A stretch of DNA of 62,739 bases, filler included, from Asterionella formosa (Eukaryota): assembly GCA_002256025.1 (NCBI GenBank). It is 9 parts of 9 records of this genome, joined end to end, with 100 filler letters (N's around TTAATTAATTAA, not from the genome) between each part and the next. Parts side by side here need not be neighbours in the genome. Positions count along the whole stretch, not along the records: positions 59,528 to 61,083 come from NKIB01001949.1; positions 61,184 to 62,739 come from NKIB01001950.1; 7 more parts are not named here. One strand, written 5' to 3'. The number at the start of each line of letters is the position of its first letter. Positions within the stretch are counted from its first letter, which is position 1. The notes under the pieces are model-generated. The model saw only the letters and a program-made list of their open reading frames with translations, had not been told where the DNA came from and made no database searches. The translations under genes were made by a program, and so were the position numbers. Of the stretch, positions 59,528 through 62,739 are shown in pieces.

Positions 59528-61083
59528 TAGAAGCTATCAAGGCTAACAACGGAGGTAAAATGCCATATGGCACTATTTCTAAAGTGGTGGAGGCTAGGAA
59601 AAGATTGCTCCCATGGCTATCAATTAACCATGTCAAGTACCAGATGAAGAAGAATAAGAAATTATTTAATGAGATTTACTCTAGTACTACTACATCGACC
59701 AGCACATTCTCAGCTGCTATGGGTAATGCCGCCTCATCCTCTCTGACTTTTGCTTCCCTTTCCACAATGTCGACCAGCGACTTTAATGTTCCTAGGAACC
59801 TTGCCCCCGCCATCCCCACCAATTACGATTCCTCACCAGTAGCACCAGCAACCACCCCAGCAATTGATTTATTTTATTTGTTTCAAACACAGCAGGACGA
59901 AGAGGAGGGTGGTGGTGAGATATCATTTGATAGCCAGAAGCTAAATGAGCTGACAAGCGCAGAGCAGAATGACACACACAATATTAAACATACCTGTGAG
60001 AATTTTGGTGAGGGCGAGATGAGAACAGCAGATGCAGAAGGCAGTGTAAGTCAACAAACAACCAGCACAATAACCGGAGGAAGACCAAAGGGTGCCACTG
60101 CAGCTGCTGTACGAGATGTTGGGCAACGACATGAAATTGCCATGAGGGAAATATGTGATTTGTATGCTGTTGCTCAAGAAAATTTCAAAGATGCCAAGAG
60201 GCGAGTAAAAAATGGAACACTTGCGATGATCATAACAGAAGCAAAGGCAAGGAATGGGCTGCCAGAAGAAACTTTCATGAATAGAAGCACAATTGTCAAC
60301 AGAGTCTCACAAAAAATGGGGCACCGACATGGAAGGGTAAGCCCAATGCTTGCTATAGAACCGTACATGGTGGAATTGATTCATCAACTTGCCCGAATGC
60401 GAAATCCTATATCTGTCAGTGATGGTCTTCGACTTGCCAACTCCCTAATATCTGGAACTAAAATAGGAGACACCGTCAATTCATGGAGACAAACTCATTC
60501 TTCTGCATACCGATCTAATAAAAATCCGAAACTTGGAATGGGTTACTGGAGAGGGTTCATGAAAAGGAACAAAGACTTAGTGACCGCTAAACGTGGTGTT
60601 AAATTTGAAAGCAAGCGAGCCGATTGTTGCACTTACAATAATTTTGAAGCAATGTATGAGCAAGTGTACAAGGAGATGGTTGCGGGAGGGATTGCTGTTG
60701 AATTACCAAATAAGGAATGGTTGAATAAAGAAGGAGTAGTGGTACTTGAGGAAAAGGATGCATTGGGACTCCAGACAAAGTATAATTTGATTCGTCCTGA
60801 CCGGCTGCTTTTGTTGATGAGGTGGGATCAAACACATCTCAAACTAAAGATGGCAATGTGGGTGGAGAGTTATTTCTCTGTGGAAAGGGTGAGCGACCAC
60901 AGCAAAGATCGGCACATAAAGATGCACACTTTACCGTTCTTGGGTTTACAGCTGCAAATGGGAATCCAATTATGTGTGCCATCATTTTTGCTGGTAAGAC
61001 TCTCGAAGATGAATGGGTACTTGGTCTTGATCCATTTGAAGAGTGGGTGGGAGATGAAAACAACTTGTTAGCGAACAGTGGAA
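59528..61083 (+). mobile_element. pogo/Tigger-like transposase, partial, copy 2 (near-identical to copy 1)
   Basis: Reverse complement of 57872-59427 with the same ends, the same length (1556 bp) and about eight substitutions seen by eye. Confidence 0.8.
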
Positions 61084-61183
61084 NNNNNNNNNNNNNNNNN
61101 NNNNNNNNNNNNNNNNNNNNNNNNNNNTTAATTAATTAANNNNNNNNNNNNNNNNNNNNNNNNNNNNNNNNNNNNNNNNNNNN

Positions 61184-62739
61184 AATGGAATCAATGCCCT
61201 GGAGAGATGTGGGTTTAGCCATTGTTTGAAGAAAAAGGCTAACCTCCTCAATCAGGTCAATGTTGGGAGTGACAAAAGTGCCTGCCAATATTTCATCTGT
61301 GTACTTATTCCGGGAGAATGGGGGAATGAAAGTGCTCAGGCGGCCACTAGCTCCAGGGGAAGAGGTGGCCTGGCTGAAGTGTTCTTTGTTTTGATTGATA
61401 ATCGCTGTGAACAGTTGTGCAGGATCGGAAATAGAGGTGGTTGCCCCAGTGGGAGATCCATCTGGGTTTAGAAGTGGCATTTCCACTCGTTGGAGGGTAG
61501 AGTGGTGTTGCCCTTTTGCATGTTTTCTAAGTTTTTGAAAGGTACGGCGAACCTCTTCAGCCTTGAGGATGTTGTTCAGAGCAATTTCTGCATTACAATC
61601 TGATGTTTGAGCTGCATATAATGCCCGTTCTTCAAGATGTGCGGTGCGTAGTGATTTCGAGTGGGCCTGACACTCAATAAGCTTTAGACGGGAAGCTTGA
61701 AGACAATTTGTCAGGTAATCTAGATCCTGTCTATGGTCAAGGAGGGTGGGTAGTTCTGGAATTTTAAGATTAGAGAGATTTGATAGGCTTGCCGGAGAAT
61801 CACCAAAGCGGATAAGATCGGAGCGTCGCTTTTTCCAAAAAAGGTAGTCCTGTCCACAGCGCATCAGTTTGGGAGACCAGGGATAGCCATATGAAGCTCG
61901 GGCCGATCGTCGTTCAGCATTCAGAAGAGCTGCTGTGATATCTCTGTCGAGTGATTCATAAGCTGCTTGAATTTCCTGTAAGGAGTTGTTTGAAAGATTA
62001 AGATGGACAAGAAGGTTGAGTCGATCAAACACTTTGTGCGAGGTAAGGTATTCATTGACTGCCCCTAGATATTTGGCACACTGGCCTGGGTTGCTAAGAC
62101 GGAGCAGGCGGTGGCTGGGAGCAGTGGGGTCTGTCGAGCTATCCTGGAAGAGTAGTTTTTCGTCGAGATCTACATAGAGCGCTCGATGATCTCTATGGGG
62201 GCTTTGGTGAAAACTCAGAATACCACCCCTTCGGACTGCTGAGAAGAGAAGTGGAGTGCCATGGATAAAGTCAATGTGGCGTCCTCTGGAAAAGGTTGAC
62301 GCATGGGATGGAATGCCGCGGGAGGATAGAAGATCAGTGAGAGAGCATGTACGCAGGAAGAGGGCGATATCAGAATCTGACGCAAGAGAGTTTGCATCCC
62401 ACATCAAGAGAACCTCATGATTTTTGGCTGTAAGGGAAATAATGAATGTTTGGAGAGATTGAAGCATTGAGAGCAGTGGATTGGGGTTATTGTCTTTGTA
62501 ATGTTCAATTAAGTGGGAACGCTGATGCTCATATGCTGTTTGTGGGACTGTTCTTTGATTCTGACAGACTCGGTAAGCTGTTATAAATGTCAGGCGGTTA
62601 TGAGAGTGTGATCGGAGTGTCTGGTAGCTCCATCTGCCTAGAGGATCACTACCTGTGGCTAGAACTCTTCCGCTGCATCTGCCTGTGACGAATTGTAATG
62701 TGCCTCCAGCCTGGGATATAGTGGTCAAGGGAACAGCAT
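61184..62739 (-). mobile_element. Non-LTR retrotransposon (LINE) ORF2 fragment: APE-type endonuclease and linker upstream of RT
   Basis: Uninterrupted frame with DPLGRWSY, ITAYRVCQ, LLMWDANS, TFSRGRHIDFI and RDHRALYVD (APE SDH-like motif), then YPWSPKL. Confidence 0.85.

Noticed and set aside
57872..61083. Apparent 1.5-kb perfect inverted repeat / head-to-head transposase pair
   Set aside because: The arms are separate contigs joined by an artificial linker, so their orientation and adjacency are arbitrary.

Overview
Eukaryotic nuclear DNA, most likely a diatom (inferred from short GT-AG introns, compact gene spacing and diatom-type protein and transposon families). The window is not one locus. 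It is nine assembly pieces joined by eight 100-bp artificial linkers (N44-TTAATTAATTAA-N44), so synteny must not be read across linkers. Piece 1 (1-25556) holds a decayed Ty1/copia element, a bZIP factor, a small MITE-like element, an EGF+methyltransferase, a RAD5-like helicase, an Nnf1/PMF1-like protein, a tandem-duplicated SGNH-like protein, a glycosyltransferase, an aberrant ARFRP1-like GTPase, a decayed Mutator/Kolobok-type transposase and SDHAF4. The other large piece (30629-56115) holds a trypsin cluster (two intact genes, one pseudogene), an ankyrin/LRR gene, a CDK11-like kinase, a PPR protein, a Tim17-like protein, an ACT-domain TKL kinase, a PEPCK-like mitochondrial protein and COQ4. 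The seven ~1.56-kb contigs carry gene fragments, an RRM gene, gypsy and LINE remnants and two near-identical pogo-like transposase copies. I cannot support a clearly new multi-gene system. The most interesting unexplained signals are a TACC(GG/AGG/TGG)TA palindrome family clustering upstream of most genes, a shared frameshift just before the first catalytic Asp of the pogo-like transposase, a putative pseudo-GTPase, a hairpin-rich intron, a MITE with telomere-like TIRs, and apparent gene conversion between the trypsins.
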